64,000 bases of DNA from Alphaproteobacteria bacterium (GTDB lineage Bacteria; Pseudomonadota; Alphaproteobacteria; Micavibrionales; Micavibrionaceae). A program made the position numbers and the translations under genes. Positions 18,366-28,488 of this stretch are shown here, piece after piece. The stretch is taken from NCBI GenBank assembly GCA_030750865.1, contig JASMHE010000010.1, forward strand, positions 86,534-150,533, given 5' to 3'. The stretch's first letter is position 1, and each line of letters starts with the position of its first letter. Under the pieces are notes generated by a model. The model made no database searches. It saw only the letters and a program-made list of their open reading frames with translations, and had not been told where the DNA came from.

Positions 18366-19253
18366 ATGAGCAAGTCGAGAGTGATTAATCTGAAGACCGG
18401 ATTGGCCGAGATGTTAAAAGGTGGCGTCATTATGGACGTGATCGATGTTGAACAAGCGAAAATTGCCGAGGATGCCGGAGCCGTTGCCGTGATGGCGCTG
18501 GAACGCGTGCCGTCCGATATTCGCAAGCAGGGCGGCGTGGCGCGTATGTCTCCGCCGGAATTGATTCAAGAGATTATGGAGGCTGTGTCGATCCCCGTGA
18601 TGGCAAAATGCCGTATCGGTCATTTTACAGAAGCGCAGGTGCTGGAAACAATCGGCGTGGACTATATCGACGAAAGCGAAGTGCTGACGCCGGCAGATGA
18701 TGAGTTTCATATCAATAAACATGATTTTAAAGTGCCGTTTGTTTGTGGTGCGACAAATCTGGCCGAAGCGTTGCGGCGTGTTGGTGAAGGGGCTGCCTTG
18801 TTGCGTACAAAGGGCGAGGCCGGCACAGGGAATATCGTCGAAGCGGTCCGCCACTTGCGTCAGATCAACAAGGAAATCCGCGATGTTGTGAATGCGGATG
18901 AAGCGGAGCTGATGACAATAGCCAAAAATATGGGCGCGCCATACGAATTATTACAGGTTGTGCGCGAAGAAGGCCGTTTGCCTGTGCCGAACTTTGCCGC
19001 CGGTGGTGTTGCGACACCTGCCGATGCCGCACTGTGTATGCAGCTTGGTGCGGAAACGGTGTTTGTCGGGTCCGGTATTTTCAAGAGTGACGATCCGGCA
19101 GGCTATGCGAAGGCGATTGTCAAAGCGGTTGCGCATTTTGATGATCCGGCCGTTGTTCTTGAGGCTTCAAAAGGGCTGAAAGGCGAGCCGATGCGCGGTA
19201 TTGAAATGTCCGCACTGGAAGAAGACCAGAAGCTTGCAAAACGCGGATGGTAA
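18366..19253 (+). CDS. pdxS: Pyridoxal 5'-phosphate synthase, lyase subunit PdxS
   Basis: [37 protein letters not shown], and a C-terminus ending ...RGW. The start was moved to the ATG at 18366 (M24 of the tracked ORF). Confidence 0.96.
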   Translation: MSKSRVINLKTGLAEMLKGGVIMDVIDVEQAKIAEDAGAVAVMALERVPSDIRKQGGVARMSPPELIQEIMEAVSIPVMAKCRIGHFTEAQVLETIGVDYIDESEVLTPADDEFHINKHDFKVPFVCGATNLAEALRRVGEGAALLRTKGEAGTGNIVEAVRHLRQINKEIRDVVNADEAELMTIAKNMGAPYELLQVVREEGRLPVPNFAAGGVATPADAALCMQLGAETVFVGSGIFKSDDPAGYAKAIVKAVAHFDDPAVVLEASKGLKGEPMRGIEMSALEEDQKLAKRGW

Positions 19254-19287
19254 CAAAACGAAACTTTGTCGCTCATAGGAACTTTTC

Positions 19288-19854
19288 ATGACATCAAAAC
19301 CGGTCATAGGTGTTCTGGCTTTGCAGGGGTGTGTCACCCCGCATAAGCCGCATATTGAAGCCGCAGGCGGCGTCTTTCGTCCTGTGAAGCGTGCGGCTGA
19401 TTTTGACGGTATCGACGGGCTGATCCTGCCGGGCGGGGAAAGCACGACGATGTTGAAGCTGATTGACCGTTTTGAATTGGCTGATTGTTTGAAAAAGGCC
19501 TTTGAACGAATGCCTGTCTGGGGCATTTGCGCCGGTGCGATCCTGATGGGTGAATCGGTTGCAAATCCGATCCAGCGGTCTTATGGCGTTATTCCTGTGA
19601 CGTTGATCCGTAACGGTTACGGCCGGCAAATGGACAGCACGCATTTTGACATTGACGGATACACAGTCTCCTTTATTCGCGCGCCGATCATGGCGCCGGT
19701 GAATGATGATGTCGAAATTCTTGCAAAACGGGGTGAATCTCCGGTCTGGGTGTTGTACAATGACAAAATGGCGACATCGTTCCACCCTGAATTAACGCAG
19801 GATTATCCGTCGCCGATGCATGAAAGATTCATGTCGTTAATTACAAAACACTGA
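19288..19854 (+). CDS. pdxT: Pyridoxal 5'-phosphate synthase, glutaminase subunit PdxT
   Basis: 188 aa. VIGVLALQG, LILPGGESTT, a GICAG nucleophile elbow, and FHPELT. Confidence 0.95.
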   Translation: MTSKPVIGVLALQGCVTPHKPHIEAAGGVFRPVKRAADFDGIDGLILPGGESTTMLKLIDRFELADCLKKAFERMPVWGICAGAILMGESVANPIQRSYGVIPVTLIRNGYGRQMDSTHFDIDGYTVSFIRAPIMAPVNDDVEILAKRGESPVWVLYNDKMATSFHPELTQDYPSPMHERFMSLITKH

Positions 19855-19865
19855 ATGAGGCGCGT

Positions 19866-20228
19866 ATGGCGAACCCCGACAAAAAAGAAACACCGCAGAT
19901 TCTGCACGAAAATCCGGCGCAGGCGATGAAGCAGCTGATCGATTTGGCTGAAAGCCTGAATACGCTTCTGGATCAAGAGGCAAACGCACTGATTCTGATG
20001 CGTGATCCGGTGGCGCTGTCTGCGATTGAAAGCGAGAAAGAGGCACTGGCCGCCAAATATGAGCAGAGCTGTCGGGAATTCAAAGAACGCCTTGCCGCAT
20101 TTAAAACAATGCCGAAGCCGCAAATCGAAAAATTATATGCCTTGCAGGAACAGATCGGCGAGAAGGCGACCCATAATATGGGACTGATCAAAGAAAAGAA
20201 AGTTGTGGTGCAAAAGCCCGAAGAGTAG
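19866..20228 (+). CDS. Hypothetical coiled-coil protein, 120 aa (possibly FlgN-like)
   Basis: The ORF lies directly after pdxT. It is helical and heptad-like (QLIDLAESLNTLLDQEANALILMRD...EKEALAAKYEQ), which resembles FlgN-type export chaperones. The family assignment is weak (about 0.3); the confidence given is for it being coding. Confidence 0.55.
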   Translation: MANPDKKETPQILHENPAQAMKQLIDLAESLNTLLDQEANALILMRDPVALSAIESEKEALAAKYEQSCREFKERLAAFKTMPKPQIEKLYALQEQIGEKATHNMGLIKEKKVVVQKPEE

Positions 20229-20596
20229 GGCTACTGTCAGTTTTGTTACCTCAGGCAATGTCCCGATATAGGCAATAAAGCACGGGCAATGTCTCGCCCC
20301 AGATATTTTCCGGCCCGAGCAATCCTGCCCGCGCGATAAGGCCGGGAGAATGTCCTGATCCTGCCAATTTTGCAATCCAGGCAATGCGGTTCAGCCGGTT
20401 TTACAATCCGGACAATGAAATCCAGATAGCGCGGGCGCATTTGCCGCGCTTCTTGGTGGTCGCACTTGTGGTGCTTGCGCTGGGTGGTTGCGCGTGGTCG
20501 TTCTTGGAACAGGGTGGTGTTCTTTTGTTTCTGTGTGTCCGGTATGACAGTATGACGCGTGTTGTTTTGCGTTCCGCAGGCCTTGCATCTCAGGCA

Positions 20597-20639
20597 TCAA
20601 GCCTCGGGGCCTCAAACCTCGGGCCTTAAACCTCAGTCG
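20597..20639. repeat. Three imperfect tandem copies of a 14-15-bp unit
   Basis: TCAAGCCTCGGGGCC (20597-20611), TCAAACCTCGGGCC (20612-20625), TTAAACCTCAGTCG (20626-20639). The array ends 20 nt from the argH stop codon. Confidence 0.6.
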
Positions 20640-20658
20640 TCTTTCAGAAGTCGTCCCT

Positions 20659-21966
20659 TCAGATTTTCAAAACACTGAAAATATCATCCGAAATGCGTGC
20701 TTCCACAGATTGCATATCGTCGAGTGAAAGCTCGTACAGCTTGCATTGCTGTTGTTCGGCCATTTTAACGATACGTCCGGTGACGTGATGGGCATCACGG
20801 AAAGGCATATTCAAATTCATGACAAGCCAGTCCGCAAGGCGTGTTGCGGTCGAATAACCATCTTCGGCGGCATCAAACATGCGCGCTGTGTTCCATGTCA
20901 TGCTGTCCAGCATGCCTGTCATGGCTTTCAGGCAAAGATCAATCGTATCAAAGCTTTCAAAAACGCACGCCTTGTCTTCCTGCAGGTCCTTGTTATAGGT
21001 CATCGGCAAGGCTTTTAGCACGGTCAGCAGTTGCAGAAGGTTGCCGTTCAGGCGGCCTGTTTTGGCCCGCACAAGTTCAGCCGCGTCCGGATTTTTCTTT
21101 TGCGGCATAATGGATGATCCGGTGCTCCATTCATCGCTGAGTGTGACAAAACCGAATTGCGGTGTCGCCCAGATGATGATTTCTTCGGCAAGGCGTGACA
21201 GGTGCGTGCCGCACTGTGCGGCGCAAAACAGAAATTCGGTGGCAAAATCACGTGCGGCCACGGCGTCCATTGTGTTTGGCATCGGTCTGTCAAACCCGAG
21301 GGCGCTTGCCGTTTGTTCACGATCAATGGGGAAAGGCGTACCGGCCAATGCGGCCGCGCCTAGCGGCGATTCGTTCAGGCGTTTACGGCAATCGGTGAAA
21401 CGCGCTTTATCACGTTCCAGCATTTGATCATACGCACCAAGATGTATGCCAAGTGTGACGGGCTGCGCACTTTGTAAATGTGTGAAGCCCGGCATCGCGC
21501 TGTCTTTGTGCGTGGCGCATAATTGTTTTAAAACAGATTGCGCTTTGTCGATATTTGCGACAATGATGTCAATAGCATCGCGTGTCCAAAGGCGGAAGTC
21601 TGTGGCAACCTGATCATTCCGTGATCTGGCCGTGTGTAAACGTCCGGCCGTGTCGCCGATAATCTCTTTCAGGCGTGATTCAACATTCATGTGAATGTCT
21701 TCCAGCTCTTTTGAAAACTGGAATGTGCCGTTTTCGATTTCGCTTTCGATTTGTGTCAGACCATCAATGATTTTGTCGCCATCGTCTTTGGTGATGATTT
21801 TGGTTGCGACAAGCATATTGCAGTGTGCTTTTGATGCGGTGATGTCATGACGCCAGAATCGTTTATCGATATCAATAGAGGCGTTGATGTCCTGCATAAT
21901 ATCAGACGGCCGGGCATCGAACCGGCCGCCCCATATGGCGCTGCTTTTTTGCGTATCGGCACTCAT
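20659..21966 (-). CDS. argH: Argininosuccinate lyase (about 25-30 codons shorter at the C-terminus than typical)
   Basis: 435 aa. WGGRF at the N-terminus, the fumarate-lyase signature [12 protein letters not shown], and [11 protein letters not shown]. The ORF ends at ...DDIFSVLKI, where homologues as I recall them continue for another ~30 aa. Confidence 0.93.
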   Translation of the reverse strand: MSADTQKSSAIWGGRFDARPSDIMQDINASIDIDKRFWRHDITASKAHCNMLVATKIITKDDGDKIIDGLTQIESEIENGTFQFSKELEDIHMNVESRLKEIIGDTAGRLHTARSRNDQVATDFRLWTRDAIDIIVANIDKAQSVLKQLCATHKDSAMPGFTHLQSAQPVTLGIHLGAYDQMLERDKARFTDCRKRLNESPLGAAALAGTPFPIDREQTASALGFDRPMPNTMDAVAARDFATEFLFCAAQCGTHLSRLAEEIIIWATPQFGFVTLSDEWSTGSSIMPQKKNPDAAELVRAKTGRLNGNLLQLLTVLKALPMTYNKDLQEDKACVFESFDTIDLCLKAMTGMLDSMTWNTARMFDAAEDGYSTATRLADWLVMNLNMPFRDAHHVTGRIVKMAEQQQCKLYELSLDDMQSVEARISDDIFSVLKI

Positions 21967-21969
21967 TGA

Positions 21970-22260
21970 TTACTGTCCGTTTCTGTTGTCGTCGTACATA
22001 TCGGCCTGCGGTTCTTGCGGCTGAGTGTCTTCTTCGTCATATGTTTCAACATATTCTTCAACATACGCATCGTCGTCTTCTTCTTCGGCAGGTTTGTCGC
22101 GCAGGAAAATCAGCGCGGAGATACCGGCAAAAATCAAAAAGTAAAAGGCAACACTACCGCCGACAATCTTGGCAAAAATGAACGCCAGAATGAATGAGGC
22201 CACCAGTGGCATCACGGCTTTGATGATGGCGCTCTGTGTCGCCGGGTCGAGATTCTTCAT
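21970..22260 (-). CDS. Small membrane protein with a highly acidic tail, 96 aa
   Basis: Two predicted TM helices ([40 protein letters not shown]) are followed by [33 protein letters not shown]. The start overlaps the argG stop (ATGA). The stop lies 3 nt before the argH start. Confidence 0.6.
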   Translation of the reverse strand: MKNLDPATQSAIIKAVMPLVASFILAFIFAKIVGGSVAFYFLIFAGISALIFLRDKPAEEEDDDAYVEEYVETYDEEDTQPQEPQADMYDDNRNGQ

Positions 22261-23519
22261 GCAGCTTCTCCCTTTTTCTTTTGTGCAGTGTTTTTGAGTT
22301 TATCTTGCGCGATCTTGTACTGACGCAAGCGGATTGCATTGATCTTGATGAAGCCTTCGGCATCTTGTTGGTTATACCCGCCTTCGATATCCATTGATGA
22401 CTGGTCTTCATCGTAAAGCGCGATCTCGCTGTCACGTGCGATCGGATAGGCAAGGCCTTTGTAGAGTTTGACGCGCACAGTGCCTGTCACATCCTGCATG
22501 GATTGGTTGATCATGCTCCAGAGGATGGTCATTTCCGGGCTGAACCAGAAACCGTTATAAATGCTGTGTGCGACTTTGACAGACAGTTCATCACGCAGAC
22601 GCATGACTTCACGGTCCATTGTCAGACCTTCGAGGTCACGCAGTGCGGCGAAGAGTAAATGTCCGCCGGGTGTTTCATAAACACCGCGTGATTTAATGCC
22701 GACAAAGCGGTTTTCGACCATGTCCAGACGGCCGATGCCGTGTGTGGCGGCAAGGTCGTTGGCAAATTCAAATAGGGCGAGGGGCGATGTTTCTTTTTTG
22801 CCGCTTTCTTCACTTTCAAGGCTGACAGGCACACCGTTTTCAAAGGTTACTTTGATGATTTCGGCGGCATCCGGCGCTTTTTCTGCGGCGGCTGTGTGGC
22901 TGTAAACATCTTCGTCACAGGCGTGGTTCGGGTCTTCGAGGACACCGGCTTCGTGCGAGATATGCAGCAGGTTCTCATCTTCACTATATGGTTTTGCGCG
23001 TGATGCTGTCACAGGAATGCCGTGCTGTTCGGCATAGTGTAGCATATCGGAGCGGCCACGGAAGCGGTCCAGGAATTCCGGCATTTTCCACGGGGCCAGC
23101 ACTTGAATATCAGGTTTTAAAGCGTAATAACCAAGCTCGAAACGGACCTGATCGTTGCCTTTGCCTGTTGCGCCATGTGAAACGAAGGCCGCATTTTCTT
23201 TTTCTGCAATTTCAATCTGGCGTTTTGCAATGATCGGACGGGCAACGGATGTGCCGAGCATGTAACGGCTTTCATACAGGGCATTGGCCTGTATAGACGG
23301 AATGATGTAATCCGTAACGAATTCTTCTTTCAAGTCTTCGATATAAACGCGGGATGCGCCGATTTTAAGCGCTTTTTCGCGCGCGGCTTCGAAGTCTTCT
23401 TTCTGTCCGACATCGGCCAGATACGCGATGACTTCGTATCCTTCTTCCATTAACCATTTCAAAATAACCGATGTATCCAGACCACCGGAATAAGCGAGAA
23501 TGACTTTACCTTTACTCAT
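22257..23519 (-). CDS. argG: Argininosuccinate synthase
   Basis: 420 aa. AYSGGLDTS (ATP-binding), [15 protein letters not shown], and [24 protein letters not shown]. Confidence 0.97.
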   Translation of the reverse strand: MSKGKVILAYSGGLDTSVILKWLMEEGYEVIAYLADVGQKEDFEAAREKALKIGASRVYIEDLKEEFVTDYIIPSIQANALYESRYMLGTSVARPIIAKRQIEIAEKENAAFVSHGATGKGNDQVRFELGYYALKPDIQVLAPWKMPEFLDRFRGRSDMLHYAEQHGIPVTASRAKPYSEDENLLHISHEAGVLEDPNHACDEDVYSHTAAAEKAPDAAEIIKVTFENGVPVSLESEESGKKETSPLALFEFANDLAATHGIGRLDMVENRFVGIKSRGVYETPGGHLLFAALRDLEGLTMDREVMRLRDELSVKVAHSIYNGFWFSPEMTILWSMINQSMQDVTGTVRVKLYKGLAYPIARDSEIALYDEDQSSMDIEGGYNQQDAEGFIKINAIRLRQYKIAQDKLKNTAQKKKGEAA

Positions 23520-23569
23520 GTTTCTACCCTCTATGTGTTTTTTAATATGTGTGTTTTTAAGTTTCTGTT

Positions 23570-24463
23570 TTAAAGATCAAAGCTGTGTTGCTGTATTTTT
23601 ACACCTGACTCACCCAAACACCAAGCCAAAATTGCCTTTTGCGCATGCAGGCGGTTTTCCGCTTCGTCATAGATGACGCAATGTTTTGATTGCAGAACAT
23701 CATCGCAAACTTCATAGCCGCGATGGATCGGCATGCAATGCATGAACAGGGCGTCGTCTTTGGCGTGAGCCATTGTGTCCATTGTGACTTTGAACGGTGC
23801 AAACTTCTCTGTCCCTTTGCCTTCTTCGCCCATTGATACCCATGTGTCTGTGACGATTACATCGGCATCTTTTGCGGCGTCTTCGGGGGACAGGGCGTTG
23901 GCATGCTGTTCTTCTGGAACGGCCAGTGTCAGTTCAAAGTCAAAAATCTTTCCGGCATGTTCAAATGTGCGGGCCACATTATTGTAATCGCCGAACCAGG
24001 CAATCTTTTTGCCCTGTATATCGCCGCGCTTCTCTTCGATTGTTACGATATCGGCAATAATCTGGCAGGGGTGGGAGTGGTCCGTCAGGCCGTTAATGAC
24101 CGGAATGCTGGCGTGTTCTGCAAGGTTCAGGAGCGTATCATGGTCACTCATGCGGATCATGACAGCATCGACATAGCGTGACAGCACATTGGCCGTATCT
24201 TCGACACTTTCGGACCCTGTGATTTGCATTTCAGCCATTGTCATTGGGATGGTATGGCCGCCAAGTTGTTTCATAGCGACTTCAAAGCTCATCCGTGTGC
24301 GCGTGCTGCGCTTGTCGAAAACCATCGCAAGGCTCAGGCCGCTGAAAAGTTGCGGCGGGCAAAATTTCTTCGCTTTCAGGCGGTGGGCATTTTGTACGAT
24401 CCCTTTGATAACTTGCGGATCAATGTCCGGCAGATCGATGAAATGTCTGGGCTGTGTTGTCAT
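23570..24463 (-). CDS. argF: Ornithine carbamoyltransferase
   Basis: 297 aa. The carbamoyl-phosphate motif is [17 protein letters not shown] and HCMP (an HCLP-type motif) are also present. Confidence 0.92.
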   Translation of the reverse strand: MTTQPRHFIDLPDIDPQVIKGIVQNAHRLKAKKFCPPQLFSGLSLAMVFDKRSTRTRMSFEVAMKQLGGHTIPMTMAEMQITGSESVEDTANVLSRYVDAVMIRMSDHDTLLNLAEHASIPVINGLTDHSHPCQIIADIVTIEEKRGDIQGKKIAWFGDYNNVARTFEHAGKIFDFELTLAVPEEQHANALSPEDAAKDADVIVTDTWVSMGEEGKGTEKFAPFKVTMDTMAHAKDDALFMHCMPIHRGYEVCDDVLQSKHCVIYDEAENRLHAQKAILAWCLGESGVKIQQHSFDL

Positions 24464-24534
24464 ATGTCTTCTTTCTTTATCTTCTGTCGTGGTCTTTTGT
24501 TGCGGTCTTACGCGTTGTGCCTGTGTCTGATCGG

Positions 24535-25731
24535 TTATGTATCCTGACTGCGCAATACGGTTTCGATAATGTGCAGGGCTTCGTCTATTTCATCGGCAGA
24601 GACGATCAGTGGCGGTGTCAGACGCAGGGTATTTGCGCCGGCCTGTGTGGTCAAGAGACCCGCTTCCATCAGGGCATTACGTAGCGTTGCAATATCCCAT
24701 GTTGTATCAACGCCGATCATCAGGCCCATGCCGCGCACATCTTCAATTTTGTTGGTGCGGCGTTTGATATCTTCAAGTCCTGCCGTCAGGCGCTGGCCCA
24801 TTGTGCTGACATGTTCCATAAAGCCGTCAGCCAAAATTGTTTCCATGACGAATCCGGCCAGTTTTGTCGCAAGAGCGTTGCCGCCATATGTTGACCCGTG
24901 TGAGCCCGGTGTGAAATGGGCGCCGAATTTCTTCTTGGCAACGAGCGCGCCGACGGGGAAGCCTGCGCCTAATCCTTTGGCCAGTGTCGCAATGTCGGGT
25001 TCGATACCAAACTGTTCGTGGGCAAGGAAGGTGCCTGTGCGCCCCATACCTGCCTGAATTTCATCGAAGATCAGGGCGATGTTCTGTTCATCACAGAGGG
25101 CACGCAGCGCGACCATGAAATCCTTGTCGGCAGGTGTGACGCCGCCTTCGCCTTGAACGGGTTCAATGACAATCGCTGCCGTTTTGTCGCTTATGGCATC
25201 TTTGACGCTATTGATGTCGTTGAAGTGCGCGAATTGAATGCCGGACAGGTATGGCGCAAAGAATGGCTGTGACTGACTTTTGTTTGTAATGCTTGCTGCG
25301 CCGTAGGTGCGCCCGTGGAACGCATTGTGGAATGCGACAATCTCGTTGCAATCCGGTCCTTTTGTTTCATAGGCCCATTTGCGTGCCAGCTTTAAGGCGC
25401 CTTCCATTGCTTCGGTGCCTGAATTCGTGAAGAACACATTGTCGAAACATGTATTGTCCGCCAGCAATTGCGCGCTGTACAGTTTTTCTTCGGTGATGAA
25501 GGTGGCCGGCACCAGCATCAGTTTTTCCATTTGCTCTTTTGCGACTTTGATATAGTCCGGATGGGCATGCCCGAGTGCAGTCACGGCAATGCCGGCCGCG
25601 AAGTCGAGATATTTCTTGTCATCGGAATCATAAATGTAACAGCCTTCGCCGCGTACAGGGATCACCGATTGTGGTGGGAAGAGGGGGAAGAAGACATCTT
25701 CTGATAATGCGATTTTGTCGTTTTTGTTCAT
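24535..25731 (-). CDS. argD: Acetylornithine aminotransferase (class III PLP aminotransferase)
   Basis: 398 aa. FFTNSGTEAMEGALKLAR, DEIQAGMGRTG, and the TLAKGLG PLP-lysine context. It sits within the arg cluster. Confidence 0.92.
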   Translation of the reverse strand: MNKNDKIALSEDVFFPLFPPQSVIPVRGEGCYIYDSDDKKYLDFAAGIAVTALGHAHPDYIKVAKEQMEKLMLVPATFITEEKLYSAQLLADNTCFDNVFFTNSGTEAMEGALKLARKWAYETKGPDCNEIVAFHNAFHGRTYGAASITNKSQSQPFFAPYLSGIQFAHFNDINSVKDAISDKTAAIVIEPVQGEGGVTPADKDFMVALRALCDEQNIALIFDEIQAGMGRTGTFLAHEQFGIEPDIATLAKGLGAGFPVGALVAKKKFGAHFTPGSHGSTYGGNALATKLAGFVMETILADGFMEHVSTMGQRLTAGLEDIKRRTNKIEDVRGMGLMIGVDTTWDIATLRNALMEAGLLTTQAGANTLRLTPPLIVSADEIDEALHIIETVLRSQDT

Positions 25732-25786
25732 CTCTGTCTCACATTTTCTTTCTTTTACGCTTAAGATCTTTCTTCAAAATAGGCTG

Positions 25787-26803
25787 TTACGGGAATGACG
25801 GTGCAATCGCGTGCAGTCCAGTCGTTTCATCCAGTCCGAACATAATATTCATACATTGTACCGCATTGCCAGATGATCCTTTGGTCAGGTTATCAAGCGC
25901 GCCTTGTGCGATGATCTGATTTTGCTGGCCGTGCCTGTAATGCAGATCGCAGAAGTTTGATCCTGCGATGTTGGCAATATTGATCACAGGCTGATGTCTG
26001 ACATAGGGCGCATCCGCATACGTTGTGTCGCAAATGGCGTCAATGTCTCTATCGTCTGGTGTGTTCTGTGTTTCAATAAAGGCCGTTGCAAAAATGCCGC
26101 GCGTAAACGGCCCTAAGGTCGGGACGATATTAAGCTGTGTTTCATCAATTTGCGCCGTGCGGATGATTTCAGGGATGTGACGATGTGTATTGATCTTATA
26201 GCTCTGCATATTGTCATTATAAAGCGGGTGGTGCGAGAGATCGTTCGGTGTTTTGCCAAAACCGCTTGATCCCGTGACGGCCATAACAGACATTGTTTTG
26301 ATATCACCGGCAAACGGCAGGGCAATAAGCTGCAACAAAAGCGCATAACATCCCGGATTGGCAACCAGTGCGGCGTTCTTGATGGTATCCTTATTCATTT
26401 CAGGCAGGCCATATACGGATTGTTCCAGCAGGGCAGGCACCTTATGGTCTTCGCCGTAATATGTTTTGTATGTCTGCGCATCGGAAAGACGGAAGTCCGC
26501 ACCGAGATCAATGATGCGCACTTTATCGTAAAGCTGCTTCACAATATCTTGCGAGGCCGTGTGCGGCAGTGCCAGAAAAACGACATCACTGTCTTTTGCA
26601 ACGGTGTCGAGCGGAACATTTTGCACATCGTGATCAATCAGGGATGCAAGATGCGGCGCAAGCGTGGCCAGTGCAACGGGCTGTTCCTGCCGTGAAACAA
26701 GGTGCGCAATTTCGATAAACGGGTGCGCCGCCGCCATACGCAGAAGTTCAAGGCCCGTATAGCCGGTGACACCAATAACTGATATTTTTATTTTCTTATT
26801 CAT
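25787..26803 (-). CDS. argC: N-acetyl-gamma-glutamyl-phosphate reductase
   Basis: KISVIGVTGYTGLELLR NAD-binding N-terminus, and the catalytic Cys context ANPGCYA. The ATG at 26803 is preferred over the TTG at 26830. Confidence 0.95.
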   Translation of the reverse strand: MNKKIKISVIGVTGYTGLELLRMAAAHPFIEIAHLVSRQEQPVALATLAPHLASLIDHDVQNVPLDTVAKDSDVVFLALPHTASQDIVKQLYDKVRIIDLGADFRLSDAQTYKTYYGEDHKVPALLEQSVYGLPEMNKDTIKNAALVANPGCYALLLQLIALPFAGDIKTMSVMAVTGSSGFGKTPNDLSHHPLYNDNMQSYKINTHRHIPEIIRTAQIDETQLNIVPTLGPFTRGIFATAFIETQNTPDDRDIDAICDTTYADAPYVRHQPVINIANIAGSNFCDLHYRHGQQNQIIAQGALDNLTKGSSGNAVQCMNIMFGLDETTGLHAIAPSFP

Positions 26804-27069
26804 ATGTTTTTTCCGATAATAGACGTTCAATTAATCATGATCGACGATGAAAACCAAGAGAAATCCGAACGGAAATACAGGAAGAACGGAACGCGTTGTT
26901 CATCAGTCTGTTGACAGTGTGATGTAAACAACAGATACACATAGGGAGCGATAGGCTTGGGGGAACGATGCGCTTGGGGTAAAGATGAATTTGAGGCCAA
27001 GATAGTTTCGGTATAAAGATCGGTTGAGACAAAAGCCCCGCCGCGCAAAGATTTGGATGGAGACAAAGG

Positions 27070-27942
27070 ATGGACGATTTGGATTTTGATGCAAAGACAC
27101 GCTATATCGCAAAATATAGCGGTGAAACGGTTGTCATTAAATGCGGTGGCGAGACACTTGAATCGCCGCAAGCGCTTGATCATGTTTTATCGCAGATTGT
27201 GATGCTGGCTTATGCGGGCGTACATGTGTTGATGGTGCATGGCGGCGGCGCACAGATTAAGGCCGAAGCCGAAGCGCGCGGCGTGCCTGAAGTCAAACAG
27301 GATGGTGTCCGTATTACATGTGCGCAGACCATCCCCGTGGTCGAAGATGTGCTGACGCGGCTGAATGAAAAAATCACCGCAGATGTACAACAGCGGGTAC
27401 AGCAAGCAGGTCTTGATATTGACGTGCTGGGCGGGCCTGCGTCTGATTTCGTTGTCGCCCGTCAGGTCGAAGCACTGGGCTATGTCGGTGAACCTGAATC
27501 TGTTGATGTCGCGGCGCTGAAACGGCGTGTGTCGGCGGGGAAGATCAATATTATCCATCCGCTGAGTAAAGATCATAACGGGCAGCGTTTGAATGTGAAT
27601 GCGGATTCGATTGCCGGACGGCTGGCGCATGAACTGGGCGCGCGGCGCATTATTTTCTGTACCTCTGTGCCGGGTGTTCTTGATAAAGACGGTCACACGA
27701 TTGATACATTAACGCCGGAGCGTATCGAGCGCCTGATCGCAGATGAAACGATTTCGGGCGGTATGACGAAAAAGGTACGGGAATGTGCCATGTTACTGGA
27801 TCGTGTCAAAGGGGTTGCGATTGTCGCATCGGCAGAGCCGCTTAGCATTGTCAAAGAATTGCTTGGCGATGGCGGCGGTACGTTAATTCGCACCGAAGAG
27901 GCCGCCGCGCGTGCCGCGGCAGAGGCGGATGTTCAGTCTTGA
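27070..27942 (+). CDS. argB: Acetylglutamate kinase
   Basis: 290 aa. VVIKCGG, VHGGG, NVNADS, and GGM..K. GGAGA SD upstream. It is divergent from argC. Confidence 0.95.
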   Translation: MDDLDFDAKTRYIAKYSGETVVIKCGGETLESPQALDHVLSQIVMLAYAGVHVLMVHGGGAQIKAEAEARGVPEVKQDGVRITCAQTIPVVEDVLTRLNEKITADVQQRVQQAGLDIDVLGGPASDFVVARQVEALGYVGEPESVDVAALKRRVSAGKINIIHPLSKDHNGQRLNVNADSIAGRLAHELGARRIIFCTSVPGVLDKDGHTIDTLTPERIERLIADETISGGMTKKVRECAMLLDRVKGVAIVASAEPLSIVKELLGDGGGTLIRTEEAAARAAAEADVQS

Positions 27943-27953
27943 TGGCATGATGT

Positions 27954-28478
27954 CTATGCCGATATTTTCTTATGGAAGACGCAGATTTTCGCGTTATCAC
28001 GCGGGTCAATCATGGTGTCGATCAGTGTAAAGCCGTGTTTTTTGAAGTTATGCTGACTTGCGCCGTGGCTGGCCTCGGTCCGGGCAGCCAGATGCGATAT
28101 GTTCTGGTCTTTGCACCATACTTGCCATTGTTCGATAAAACGTGACATCAGGCCTTGTCCGCGCATGGCCGGGTCAATCAGCATCCCTTGCAAAACAGAT
28201 GCGCGCATGCCGCGTTCAAATCCTTCCGGCAGGGTCGGGACCCCAAGCTCGGCGACATCAAAATCGTGCGGGGCATGGAAAATGGCCTGCGCAACATGTT
28301 GCCCGTCATCACTTTGCAGAGCGGCGATTTTGTGCGGGCTATCCAGATGTTCGGTGAAATAGGCTTCTGTGCGGGGTACGATAAAGCGCGGATTGCTCTG
28401 TTCTTTCAGGAACGCGTAAATCCGGTTCTGGAGGTCGAGAACCTTTTGGAGATCATCTGGCTCCAGATAATAGATCAT
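27954..28478 (-). CDS. GNAT family N-acetyltransferase, single domain, 174 aa
   Basis: Acetyl-CoA motif A is LIDPAMRGQGLMSRFIEQ, with a C-terminal HNFKKHGF motif. It is convergent with argB, with 11 nt between the stop codons. Confidence 0.85.
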   Translation of the reverse strand: MIYYLEPDDLQKVLDLQNRIYAFLKEQSNPRFIVPRTEAYFTEHLDSPHKIAALQSDDGQHVAQAIFHAPHDFDVAELGVPTLPEGFERGMRASVLQGMLIDPAMRGQGLMSRFIEQWQVWCKDQNISHLAARTEASHGASQHNFKKHGFTLIDTMIDPRDNAKICVFHKKISA

Positions 28479-28488
28479 GATATCAGTC

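Noticed and set aside
20384-20629. 81-aa plus-strand ORF with a lipoprotein-like LVVALVVLALGGC segment in the argH-proximal gap
   Set aside because: No SD. The remainder of the protein is Leu/Ser/Arg-rich. The C-terminus is translated from the 14-bp tandem repeats. The lipobox is marginal. It is kept only as a possibility within the finding on this gap.
20597-20639. Tandem repeats considered as a possible CRISPR or minisatellite array
   Set aside because: There are only three degenerate copies of 14-15 bp, directly abutting with no spacers. There are no cas genes in the window. This is not a CRISPR array.
20580-20661. Simple frameshift as the explanation for the short argH
   Set aside because: Reading past the stop in the only open alternative frame gives [30 protein letters not shown]... 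This is Arg-rich sequence derived from the repeats. It has no resemblance to the usual ArgH C-terminus beyond the first few residues, so a single indel does not restore a normal end.
26827-27183. 118-aa minus-strand ORF spanning the argC-argB intergenic region
   Set aside because: It overlaps the well-supported argB 5' end on the opposite strand, has no SD and has an implausible composition. The region is better read as the divergent arg promoter region.
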